DNA of 64,000 bases from Elsinoe ampelina (taxonomy: Eukaryota), in assembly GCA_010093995.1 (NCBI GenBank), contig ML992512.1, forward strand, positions 1-64,000, read 5' to 3'. The notes beneath the pieces are model-generated. The model saw nothing but the letters and a program-made list of their open reading frames with translations. It had not been told where the DNA came from and ran no database searches. How positions within the stretch are numbered: the stretch's first letter is position 1; each line of letters opens with the position of its first letter. A program made the translations under genes and the position numbers. Below are positions 35,105 through 46,393 of the stretch, one piece after another.

Positions 35105-35800
35105 TTATTCTGCACTCTGTCCCGGATCTCGATAGCGTCCTCTTGTTGCATCGCCTGCGCTTTGACTGTCCCCCATCAAGGGTGTGCTTGTTTGCCCCTG
35201 GCCTGCCACTCCAGGCTTGTGAATTAGCCCAGCCTCCCGCAATGCCGGCAAGGCACATTGACTCAGCCACTCGTTGCATTTGAACACAGGTCTTCGCTCC
35301 TCGCCAGGTGCATATGGCTCACCATTCTCCTTTGTCCATATCATTGGAGTAGGTTGTCCCTCCTCCTTCTTCGCCCAGAAATCGAGACCCTGCTGCTTAG
35401 GAGGTGTGGGAAGTGCTTTCAGGACCTCTCCGATCCGACCAGAATCATAGTCAGTCTTGTCGACCCAGCCGAGCGGAGTGAGTCTGTGGAAGAAGCGGTC
35501 GTTTCTGGGGTTCGTTGTCCACCGTTCTTGGTAATACATTCCTTTGGATGATATCACGTCCCCTGTCACGTGGAACATGGTCCCATCCAGCGTTTCCGAA
35601 TTTTCCTCTACAAAGATGGCTTCGTGATACCGTTTTGCGGGATCCAAGGGATCATGTGCGACTACGTCCATCTCAAGCTTGAAAATGCGAAACTGAATTG
35701 GATGTACAGATTTGCCGGGGATTGGACAGCCGTGGGAATGAGCTGGATCATAGCCGGCTTCCATAATAGTTGACCGGACGCGAGGTGTCTGTTTTTCCAT
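35105..35800 (-). CDS. DUF6540-like protein with intact His/His/Cys motifs, up to 231 aa
   Basis: RYHEAIFVE...FHVTGD..GM.Y...PTPPKQ...FKCNEW...LREAGLI. The start could be the second Met (35764). Confidence 0.78.
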   Translation of the reverse strand: MEKQTPRVRSTIMEAGYDPAHSHGCPIPGKSVHPIQFRIFKLEMDVVAHDPLDPAKRYHEAIFVEENSETLDGTMFHVTGDVISSKGMYYQERWTTNPRNDRFFHRLTPLGWVDKTDYDSGRIGEVLKALPTPPKQQGLDFWAKKEEGQPTPMIWTKENGEPYAPGEERRPVFKCNEWLSQCALPALREAGLIHKPGVAGQGQTSTPLMGDSQSAGDATRGRYRDPGQSAE

Positions 35801-36381
35801 CGGATGGAGGACGACAAGAAGAAAAGGAAGGGAAGATTTGTGCGCCTATCGTGCCTCACAATGCCAATTTCGAGGCGCGCGAGACGTTACACATCCTAGC
35901 TTGTACAACCTGACCACGTCACTCTGCTCGTCACTGTTCTTAGATGCTCACTTGCTAAGCTTTGAGCATCCTCGGCCACAACGTGAGAGGTGAAGCTTGA
36001 TGACGTTTGCGGGCACATAGGATGCGGCACGATAAGCTCATGCTCAAGACAAAGGAACGAGTCCGGACAAGGGCGATGTGTGTTGAAACCCAAGGTGATG
36101 TTTGTCGCTCCTCGGGGGAATTGGTCCTGATTGAGCCCGAGGTCTGGGGCAAGAGACTCCGAAGACGCGAAGATCCCCCTCAATTTCTGACGATTGTTCT
36201 TTTTCTCCATGGGGCCGGGACTCAATCTAGAAGGTCAAGATTGATGAACATGGAGATTGACCGGGCTCAAGGCGACTCGTGATGATCTGCATGCGGCTTG
36301 GAGTCTGGGGACTCTTGGTTGATATACACGAGGTCCCTCGGTGGCACAGGTAGGTCTTTGCGGCGAGTCTCTCATCGAAAC

Positions 36382-38514
36382 ATGCGCTCGACCATCCTAC
36401 TCGCCACGGGCGTGATTGGTGGCGCACTTGCCGCTATCAATGCGACTGAGTCAGCTTCCCAAATCGTGCTGGCAAATGATCGTCTGTTCACGGCGTTGAA
36501 CAAGTCGACAGGAGCCATCAACTACTTGACACTCGATGGACAGAATCTGCTAGGTACAAGAAGCTACACAGCACCGACTCCAGGAGGTGCAACTGGAGAT
36601 GGAGTCAATGGCGTCCTCAATATGGACTGCTATTGTGTCCCATCTGGTTTCTGGACGCCTGGTAGCATCCGTCCAAGATACAAGCTCATCCAAGGCACCG
36701 ACAGCACTGGTGTCGCCTACGCAGGTGTGGTCATGAGTGATACCTATACTCAAACTGGACAAGTTATGGAGCAATACTGGTTCTTGCGCGACGGCGAGAC
36801 AGGTCTGCACGCCTTCAGCCGCCTAGCGTACAACAATGCTACGACTCCATTTCTAAGAAATTTGCAAGAATTCAGAACTCTCTTCCGACCGAACCATGCT
36901 CTTTGGACTCACCTCAGCACCAACGACGACTTCTATGGCCCTTCGCCACGCCCCAATCCAGCTTCAACAGGGACCGGCATTGCCACGACCGTGCAAGATG
37001 CGACCTGGTATCTCGGTAACAGGACTGGTGATCCTTATGTTGAGCAAGTCTCCGACTACTTCACAAAGTACACCTTCCAGGATGCTTGGAGAGATCTCGA
37101 TGTTCACGGCATGTTTGCTGATGGAAAGTACTCTGACGATAACTCGACCTTTGGTGCATGGATGATCATGAACACAAAGGACACTTACTACGGTGGGCCC
37201 ACACATTCGGATCTAGTCGTCGATGGTATCGTGTACAACTACCTTGTCTCCAACCATCACGGAGCTGGAGTGCCAAATATCACTGATGGTTTCGACAAGA
37301 CGTTCGGTCCTCAGTATTACTACTTCAACAAGGGCGAGAAGGGCGGGTCTTTGCAAGACCTGCGACAGGATGCTGCACAGTACGGCAATCCATCGTACGC
37401 AGCAGACTTCTACGATTCCATCGCCGAGTATGTTCCAAATTACGTCCCCACCACTGGTCGTGGCAAGTGGGCAGGCAAGATTCAGCTGCCAGAAGGTGCG
37501 GAAAGACCGATCGCCATCTTGTCGTTGAACGGCGTCAACTACCAGGACAATTCGATCAAATATGATGCCTATCAATATTGGGCAGATATCACCGCCGATG
37601 GCACTGTTGAGATCGACCGAGTCGTTGCCGATACATACCGCTTGACCATCTACGCTGATGGGATTTTCGGCCAGTACGAGATCGACAACATTGTCGTTGA
37701 GGCCGGCAAGACGACCACCTCTGAGGATATCGTCTGGGAGCAAGAGTCGTCCGGCAAGGAACTGTTCCGCATCGGCACTCCTGACAAGTCCAGTGGAGAA
37801 TACAGACACGGCTATGCTCGGACAAACGCTCCATTGCAGCCACCAGAGTTCCGCATATACTTTGGTGCATACGATTTCCCAACAGACTACCCCGAGGGTG
37901 TCAATTACCACGTCGGTGACGGTGATATTGGCCAAGATCTCAACTACGTGCACTGGAGCGTCTACGGCGGTAAGGCTCACTTCTTGCGACCTGAGCGATA
38001 TGTGGGCAACGGAGATGTGAACAACTGGACCATCACTTTCGATCTCACCGCTGATCAACTTGTGTCGACCACGGAGGCGACTTTCACTGTCCAGCTTGCA
38101 GGTGCAAAGACTGCATCTGGCAATACTGACGTCTTCAACGTGACGCAGCCATGGGCGAATTTGCCACTCACAATTGCTGTGAATGGCAATGATATTGAGC
38201 CATGGGTGATTCCGTAAGTGACTTCTATCATAGAAGTACACGCAATACTGATCATATGCAGATACAATCAGTCATCATCATGTGCAGTACGTAGCTCGGT
38301 GTCTTGCTACAACCTCGCACACAAGTACACATTCCCAACATCATATCTAATCGGAGGCGGCAATGGCACCGGCAATGGCTCATATGGCAGCTTCCCCACT
38401 GGCAGGAACGAACTCATTCTGAGCCTCCCATACAACGCCACCGACTACGAGAGCGCCCTCCTCCCAGAAAGCGTCTACATCCAATACGACGCCCTCCGCC
38501 TGGAAGTCAAGTAG
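36382..38514 (+). CDS. Secreted rhamnogalacturonan lyase, polysaccharide lyase family 4; intron 38214-38261
   Basis: Signal peptide MRSTILLATGVIGGALA; QYWFLRDGETGLH.FSR, LQEFRTLFR, YFTKY, GGPTHSDL.VDGIVYNY..SNHHG, IGTPDKSSGEYRHG, C-terminal YIQYDALRLEV. Confidence 0.92.
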
Positions 38515-38560
38515 AAATCATCAATCCCAACCCTTTTCATACCCATCTATCCACCCCCCC

Positions 38561-39718
38561 CTATATAAAGACCCTCAAATACTCCACCAGCGCCATCATC
38601 CCCATCGCCTGCCCATACGGCATACTCGTCCTCTCAATATCCTTATAATGCTGCAAATCATGCCCCATGCCCGTCCCGAAACTCACATCCAACAACTCCC
38701 CGTCCTCCTGCCTGATCTTCCCCAACACCGCCTTGATCGCCTTGACGGCCACTTCCTCATACCCCTCGCCCTGCGGCAGGTAACGTTTCCGTAACCCTTT
38801 GAGCAGCCCATACGCGAACCCGGCCGTGGCGCTCGTCTCGACGTACGAGCCTTCCTTCTCCGGCACATCGAGGAGCGTGCGCCACAGCCCCGTCGCGGGG
38901 TCCTGGTGGTGCTTGAGCGCCTTGCACTGCGCGCGGAGCACGTCGACCATGTACACCTGGAAATGATCATCTGCCGGGAGTTGCAGCAGCTCGAGGACAT
39001 CGGGGATGACGATGGTGAGCCAGGAATTGCCTCTGGCCCACCTGGCGCGGGCGAAATTGTGCCCGACTCCGGGGGAGGAAGAAGCGTCTTCGTTGAACTT
39101 CCACCCGTGGAAGAAGAGGCCCGTGGTCGGGTCGAAGAGGTACTGCACGTGGAGGAGGAATTGCCGCTTGCCTTCTTCGATGTAGTGCGGGCGGTTGAGG
39201 AGGAGGCCGATTTTGATCAGCGGGAGCACGGTCATCATGAGCGTGTCGTCCCAGAGCTCGTTGGTGTTGGGGCCGAGGTAGGTCATGTGTTGCATGCCGC
39301 CGTAGGGGGTGCGGGGGAGGTCGTGCATGGCCCATTCTGCCCAGGAGTCTAGCCAGGGGAGGTAGGTTGGGTTCGGGGAGGATTCGTGGAGGTAGGCGAG
39401 GGTGAGGATGGGGGACATGGTGTTGATGTTTTTGGTGGTGCCTTCGAGGAAGCGGTCGTGGAACCAGGAGGTCATGATGTCGTGGGTGGATTGGGACCCC
39501 GTTTGGGTGTAGTATTGCCATAGGCCGTAGAGGCCGATGCCGTGGGTCCATTCCCAGTCGTTCCAGCCTTTGGTGTCGATGATGCGGCCGTCGGGGAGCT
39601 TGAGGAGGAAGTGGCCTGAGTCGTCTTTGATGTTGACGATGTTGTGGATGAGGAGTTGGATTTGCTTGTGGATCTCAGAGGCGGTTAGGTCGTTGACCTT
39701 GAGAGGTTGGGCGGGCAT
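38561..39718 (-). CDS. GH105 unsaturated rhamnogalacturonyl hydrolase (YteR-like), 385 aa, no signal peptide
   Basis: WEWTHGIGLYG, ELWDDTLMMTVL, GLFFHGW, WARGNSW, GLWRTLLD, SYVETSATAGFAYG, SFGT.MG, PYGQAM. Confidence 0.92.
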   Translation of the reverse strand: MPAQPLKVNDLTASEIHKQIQLLIHNIVNIKDDSGHFLLKLPDGRIIDTKGWNDWEWTHGIGLYGLWQYYTQTGSQSTHDIMTSWFHDRFLEGTTKNINTMSPILTLAYLHESSPNPTYLPWLDSWAEWAMHDLPRTPYGGMQHMTYLGPNTNELWDDTLMMTVLPLIKIGLLLNRPHYIEEGKRQFLLHVQYLFDPTTGLFFHGWKFNEDASSSPGVGHNFARARWARGNSWLTIVIPDVLELLQLPADDHFQVYMVDVLRAQCKALKHHQDPATGLWRTLLDVPEKEGSYVETSATAGFAYGLLKGLRKRYLPQGEGYEEVAVKAIKAVLGKIRQEDGELLDVSFGTGMGHDLQHYKDIERTSMPYGQAMGMMALVEYLRVFI

Positions 39719-40005
39719 GATGGGTAGGATGTGAGATGCACACTGTGTATTTTGCTGTCTCTGCTTCTGGATCTTGGTTTGGTATACTGAGTCAGAGATG
39801 CTCTATACCTGCATGCGGCTGCCACTCGTGGTATATCAGACCTTGCAGCTTAGTCACGGTATACCAGACCCCAAATTCAACCAACCATTCGACCGACACA
39901 ACACCATCCTCAATGGGATATCGATAGACCGACAACCCGAGCATCGCTTACACATTATCGCAGACACCGACTCAACTTGCGTCGTCGATGGAACAGAGTT
40001 TGGAT

Positions 40006-40058
40006 GCCAAGTTAGGCGGATATGCTGCCTCCGCAGATCAATGTGATCTTCCGCCAAT
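40006..40058. promoter_or_regulatory. Candidate TF sites in the GH105/MFS divergent promoter: GCCAAG (PacC-like), CGG-N11-CCG (RhaR-like), TCCGCCAAT (GARE/GaaR-like)
   Basis: GCCAAG 40006-40011; CGGATATGCTGCCTCCG 40017-40033; TCCGCCAAT 40050-40058. These match Aspergillus consensus motifs; function is untested. Confidence 0.55.
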
Positions 40059-40235
40059 GAAGGCATTCCAAGACAGCTTGTCGGCGCCAAACCATGAGAC
40101 CCGCTGCACGCTGCTGCACCTTGGATCCTGCGGCGCGCCTTGTCTCTTTCCAACCTCGTCGGCGCCCTGCTTCCCCTCCGGACGATCGTCGTGCGAACAT
40201 GACCCGCAAAATGTGCTCTATCTGCTGGACCAGGA

Positions 40236-40248
40236 GCGGGGTCTGGGG
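40236..40248 (+). promoter_or_regulatory. Tandem CreA-like SYGGRG sites
   Basis: GCGGGG (40236-40241) and CTGGGG (40243-40248). Confidence 0.4.
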
Positions 40249-40433
40249 TGTTGGAGTATGGGGACCGGAAACGGGGACTTGGTTTATGCAGAGAGATGAT
40301 CGGATTAATCAAAAAGGTCGGTTCGAGATGTTTTCTGTCAAGGTTTGTGGAAATTGTTTCTCTTTCCCTGCATCTCATATAGTGTTTCGAAGAGAAGCAG
40401 TCGTTCAATTTTGGTATCATCACTACTCTCACC

Positions 40434-42069
40434 ATGGCCGACGACAAGGAGAGACCCGCTCAGGTCGAGCGTGTACTATCAGATGGTCCTGAGAAGGGCG
40501 AGCACATCAACTACGACCGTGTCGACGACGAAATTGCAAAATATGCCGCCGCCGACCAGGTTGTCGAGATCACTCCAGAGGAGAGCAAGCGTCTGAAGAA
40601 GCTGATTGACAGACGTGTCTTGTCTATCATGATCTTCACCTACTTCCTCCAAGCTCTCGACAAGGGCACCATGTCCTTCGCCTCCATCATGGGCATTGTC
40701 CAAGACAATAAGCTCGTCGGACAGCAATACTCGTGGCTCACCACCTGTATCTACATCGCCATCCTCATCATCGAATACCCCATCAACTACATGATCACTC
40801 GTGTGCCGATCGCAAAGGCCCTGGGTATCGCCATCATCATCTGGGGCTCCATCCTCGGTTCGTAGAAGTCTTCTGCAACAAGTACAGCCTGCTAAACACC
40901 CGCACAGCTTGCCATGCAGCCACGACCGACTTCACCGGCTTGGTCGTCGTGCGCACCCTTCTCGGCTCCTTCGAAGCCATCTGCCAGCCCGCCTTTGTCG
41001 TCCTCTCAGGAATGTGGTACAAACGTAACGAACAAGCCGACGCTGTGACTTACTGGTATATGATGAACGGTGGACAGCAGATCGTCGGCGGTCTCCTCGC
41101 CTACTGCTTCACGCTCATTCCAGATGGTGGTCCTCTCAATGCCTGGCAAGCCATCTTCATGTCGTATGGCCTCTTCTCCATCCTCTGGGGCGTCTTTGTG
41201 CTCTTCTGGATGCCCGACTCACCCATGCGAGCAAAGTGCTTCAGCGAAGAGGACAAGGCTCTCATGATCGAGAGAGTTCGCGCCAACCAGACTGGACTGC
41301 AGAACCGAAAGTTCCGTCCCGAACAGGTCAAGGAAGCCCTTATGGACCCGCAGTGCTGGTGCTACGGCATCATTCAGCTCACCACCACTCTCCCGACATC
41401 AGGACTGGGAGCGTTCGCCAACCTTGTCATCACTGATTTCGGCTTCACCCGTCTCCAGACGCAATTGCTCGCTATGGTCCTTGGTGCGGTGATCATCATC
41501 ATCCTCCTCAGCTCTGCATGGCTGGTCAAGAAGACGGGTCAGAATTTGTTCATCATGGGCCTTTACATTATCCCATCGTTCGTGGGGACCATTGTCCTCA
41601 TGACAGTGGTCAAGGACGGGAGTATGGCCAAGAAAGTCGGCCTTCTGTTGTCCTACTACATCGTGCTGTCGTTCTGGGCTGCGCAGAATTTGACCATGTC
41701 TTTGGTATCGAGGAATGTTGCCGGGCAGTCGAAGAGGTCGATTGCCGTGTCCATGAACTTTATCTGGTACGTTGATGTTCTACCACATGGAGGAGACTGA
41801 TGCTGACTGTCTGCAGGTGGGCTACCGGCAATGCCATCGGTCCCCAGGTCTTCCTCTCGTGGGACAAGCCGCGCTACTTCATCGCCTTCTCCACTCACAT
41901 GGGGTGCTACGTCCTACTTGTTGCCACAATTGTATTCCTCCGCTTCTATCTCAAGAGACAGAATGCCATCAAGGATAGGGAGCAGAAGGGAAGCGAGACG
42001 CAGGGCACGATCCACGGGTTTGATGACCTTACGGACCAGCAGAACCCGAGTTTCAGGTACGTCTTCTAA
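40434..42069 (+). CDS. MFS transporter, allantoate permease (Dal5/ACS) family; introns 40858-40907 and 41767-41816
   Basis: LKKLIDRRVL..YFLQALDKG, WYKRNEQ, SRNVAGQSKRS, GNAIGPQVF..PRY, DLTDQQNPSFRYVF. Confidence 0.92.
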
Positions 42070-43772
42070 GTTGGTGGAGGTAATTAGATAATGGTCAACG
42101 ACGCGGCTCGCTTGTAGTCTCCATGTTGGTGTCAAGCCCTGTCATTGAGTGCACGCGTATGTCGAGTGTTGAAATTCCCGTCGTGTTCGCGTGGATACCC
42201 AACCCTCCCTGTACCCTATATAAGTTCGTTCATCCGGCTGCACCGAACTTTGAGCGTCGCGCCGTGCCCGTTACTTCATTACCCTTGGAGCTAGACACGT
42301 TCATGGCCTATGATATGCCGTGTGTTGCACCTCAAGTCTTTGGCAGCTATGAAACACGTAACATGACGGCTCCAACGGCCAATCGTTGCCACCATGAGAA
42401 ATTTTTGACACCAAGTCGGATGTGGTGTTATTCGTCGAGCGCCGGACAATAAAGTGCAGAGGGAGTCCGCCCTGTGGTTACGGCTGATGGAGGTCATGCA
42501 AGTCCGTCTCGATTCCTAGGCCTCGTTGCCACCTTTTTATTCTTCATCTATGCCTCTGTCAACGCAGGGCTTGATGCGCGAGCAACCACATGCAACATCA
42601 AAGATATAACTCTGTGGAAAAGCATAAGTCGATTGCCGGTCATCCACTGCGAGTGGTGGAGGGAAACGTCAGTCAACATCAAATAATGCTGTTTATGCAT
42701 CTGAATTGGACAGCCTTTATACGCCGTGCCAAATCTCCTTTCGAGGTTCTGACATTGCAACAAGTCAACAAAGTTTGCGCCTGTATGGTCGCCAATCCAC
42801 AAAAGTATGCCTTCACCACTATGGGAAAGGCGAAGGAACTCCCGCCCAAGTCCAGACCGACAGAAAAGTCAATCCAGATGGAAGAACCAATTCAAGTACC
42901 CGCAACAATGGTGCCAGTTCTGGCTCGATGACAAGAGAAGGACGAGCTCGCCCATCAAGGACGTGACTGCGAAGCAACTGTGTCCAGTCGGTCGTCAGCT
43001 ATTGAAGCCCGCCACGAGCACGGCTGCAGAGGCTTCGATCTTACGCTCGGCCCGTACGAACTCATCCTCGCAAGCTCCACGCTGCAACGACTTGTCTTGA
43101 TGGTCCAAAGACTTTCCTGCGTTGACTTTCGGCCGTCAGGTCCCTGGAGTGCTCGCCAAAGTGTAGTCCTGCGATGGTTTCGCCTTGGCGGTGTTGACGC
43201 ATTGCGTGTCGTCACGCATGAGGCCTCTGGCTACATTTACTCCCTTTTTGGGGAATGAAAGGTCAGGCGTACTTTCATGTTTGCGACGAGGAGAGAGGCG
43301 GTGTGCAAACATCCAGCGTTCATGGCCAAATTCCTCCGGGGTGACATGGGGTAAGGCCGATGACAGCGCTGATGAGAGCGGAAAATTTCCATGACTTTCG
43401 TGGATGATATTGGTCTACTTGAGCCGGACACCGCCTGGGGACGAGGAACGTTGTATCTGTGCCGTCCTGCTGACTTGCTCAACGATACTGCAACGGTTTG
43501 GGATCTGAACCAGTAGACAGCCAAGTCGGACCGAGCAGGGTTCAAGCCGTTGAACGACCGGGGAAACAGCTGGGTTTGTATGTAGCCCTGACAGTTAATC
43601 GCGATGCGGCGGTTGTAGATAGTCGGGGCTTCCGTGCTGAGGGACCGAAGCTGGTTGGTCCATGCTCCAACCTGTCAACGTGCTCGATTGAAGTCTCACG
43701 TTACCATGCATTTGTGGCTCTCATGGTGATGTCTGAAAGGGAATTATTTGAGATTGGTCATCTCTGATAGTA

Positions 43773-44974
43773 TCAAGGAAGTTGCCGAGGCGCCGTTGCC
43801 CTCACAATGTGCAAGTTTTCTATTCCCTTCTCTTCCTCTGTAACCATGACGGTCGTCTCTTTTCTTATTTCGTCAAGTAGAACATCGTCGCCTTGATCTC
43901 GATGACTCTTATGGCTGAGATGAGTGTTGCGTATGCCCGATCGACCATAGGTTGCCGGAGCTGTAGCGCTCTTTGTGACTGCTTGTGTTGAAACCAAGTG
44001 CATCTTCTCGAGGAAGAGCTGGAGGATGGGTCGCACCATGGCGAAGTTGGCAGCAATGATACCGACAGCGATTTCAATGGATAGCCACAAACCCGAGTTG
44101 AAGAGTTGACGGATGTATCCAAAGAGGTCTACCGGCTGAAGCACGATGACAAGACGGACGATAGATGCTATTCCGCCGACGCAGCCCAGCGCCAGCAAGC
44201 TACCGGCGATCAGCTTGGTAATGATTGGTAATTTGGCCTTCCAGAGGGCGAACAAGGCGATCAATGTCATGACAAAATCGCTGACGATGTTGACGACTGA
44301 AAATACGGCGAAAATGTAGGTTGACGTCTTTTGCACGTGGCAGCGTGGTCCTGTCAAGACACCGACATCTTTAACCTGGGCGCAAGTGAAGGTCGCTAAG
44401 CCGAAGTAAAGGGAACCGCTGACAAGCGTCAGGCCCATCAAAGCCCAGATGGTGTATCGCTGTGGCTTCTTGTGGCCGATGATGCGGAGGAAGAAGAAGC
44501 CCAAGGAGAACTTGAGAGCAACCATGGTGAGGGCGAAGAAGCCATTTCCTACTCGATTAATCTGTTGCGAGGTTAGTGCATGGCACAGGACATTGACTTG
44601 AGAGACACTGACCGAGTTGAACTTGTTCATGAGCTTGAAATTGCCTCCAATGTACTTCTTCCCAACCTCTGAAATGGAGAACAACATAGCACTGTGGACG
44701 ATGTAGAGCATCTGCGGGTGGTCAGTGACTGCGTCCACGAACTCTAATCAAAACATACTGTAGTCAAGACCATAGCCCAGTCCTCCCTGCCAAATTGTCG
44801 GAGCATCTTGAGGCGGACAAACATGCGAAGGAATACTGAGAATAGTGTGATTGTTGTTATGGCTATGTTTGCCTTTGAGATGTTGTTGAATGAAGCGATG
44901 ATGAACTTGACGTTCAAGCCCATCTGCCTCTTGACGAGGACATCGGCCACGAGGGCTGACATTTGTGCAAGCAT
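43773..44974 (-). CDS. PTH11-like (fungal rhodopsin-domain) integral membrane protein without a CFEM domain; introns 44712-44758 and 44562-44612
   Basis: VFLRMFVRLKMLRQFGREDWAM, LKFSLGFFFLRI, NIVSDF..L..LWK, LG..GGIASIVRL, W..IEIAVGIIAANF..RP; about seven hydrophobic segments. Confidence 0.85.
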
Positions 44975-46393
44975 GACTGGATGAGATTCGAGAATTCCAC
45001 GAGTCAAGGAGAGAGAAAGAGCGGCGACCAAGTTAATGTAGCAAACACTACTTAGCTGTTTAGCCTTTCGGAACCAACTGATAGATTGATACACTGGGAC
45101 CAAGGGGACGTCTGGCGGGCGGCAAGGTCGAGCCGTTGGCGAAACTGCGCTCGGCGATTCACTGTTTACAACGGGGTCTTTTCTGCTGGAGGATGAGTTG
45201 AAACATGGTGAAGCTAACCCAGGAGGGAGACGGCTCGAGAAGGATTTGGAAAACCATGTCCAAGCGGGCTGGAATTCAGGCTGCTTCTGGTTAATGCCTG
45301 CGGTAAAAGGTAGCGACTGCATGCATGGACCCTATCTCGCAATCAGTACCTTGCTGTGCCCTGCTTGTTACAGAAATATTTGATTGCTGTCGAGGATTAA
45401 GCAGGCGGCTCAAGCCACCTAACATATTGTGACCAGATGGGAAGTGGTGGTTGGTCTGAGATTTGGTTGAGTCAAGCCACAATGGTCCGAAGGAACGACG
45501 CCACGCTGATGGGCCTCATGGCTTGTCTATGCTGTCCCCGGTACACGGTTGTCTCATCAGTCGAAAGGCGTATCGTTCGAAAGTAGATGGTCCAATGATT
45601 TCGAGAAGGTCGATCGAGATTTGGTTCTCTGCGCGAACTCTGATGCTAGCGTGGAAGATATGCTCTCGGATATCCGTCAAGTCGACAGTCTCGTTGCCAC
45701 CGGCACGAGTCCTCGGTCCAGTACGGGACGAGTCGACAGGTATCCTGGCGACAAGCCTACCTTTACTGCATTGTCGCTGTCAGAGAGCGGTCCATCTCCC
45801 GAGGGTAAGGTGATGGCGATGCTCTTCCAAGCGCCGTAGTTCTTGTGACCCCACCAACATCTTGCTTGCGTCACGTGCTGGCCATGGCAGATTTGATTAT
45901 AGGCTGACACACACTCCAGAGGTCGATCTGCTGACTGACGTTGATGATGGCTTGCAAAGGGAGGAAAAGTGAACAAGATGGAAGCTGCCTTGCGGGTGCC
46001 TGCTGTGATTCCGAGGGTTCTGCCAGTGACGTCTGTGATTGGCTGGCGTGGAGCTCAGGCCAAGCAAGAAATGTCACCTCCCAAGCTGCTCGACCTTTTG
46101 CAGTCCAACTCCATTATCTTCTCCCCTCCTGCCATTGCTTTCACCCTCTTCCCTTTCACCATGCATGCTCACCAGGGCTGAGCTCATTGACGAAAGCCCT
46201 TCTCCCCCATCTTCTCTGCGCCTCGAAGCGCTTCTCCGCGCAGAACGGCGTCACAAGGAAACTTCTTGCGCGCCTGCCACCTCTGCGCGTCAGAATCACG
46301 AAACCTGCCTATCACAGTCGCATATCTCGCGCATATCGTCACCGAGCTTAGCGTGCATCCGATCATTATTCACGACGCGCTTCGGCATTCATA

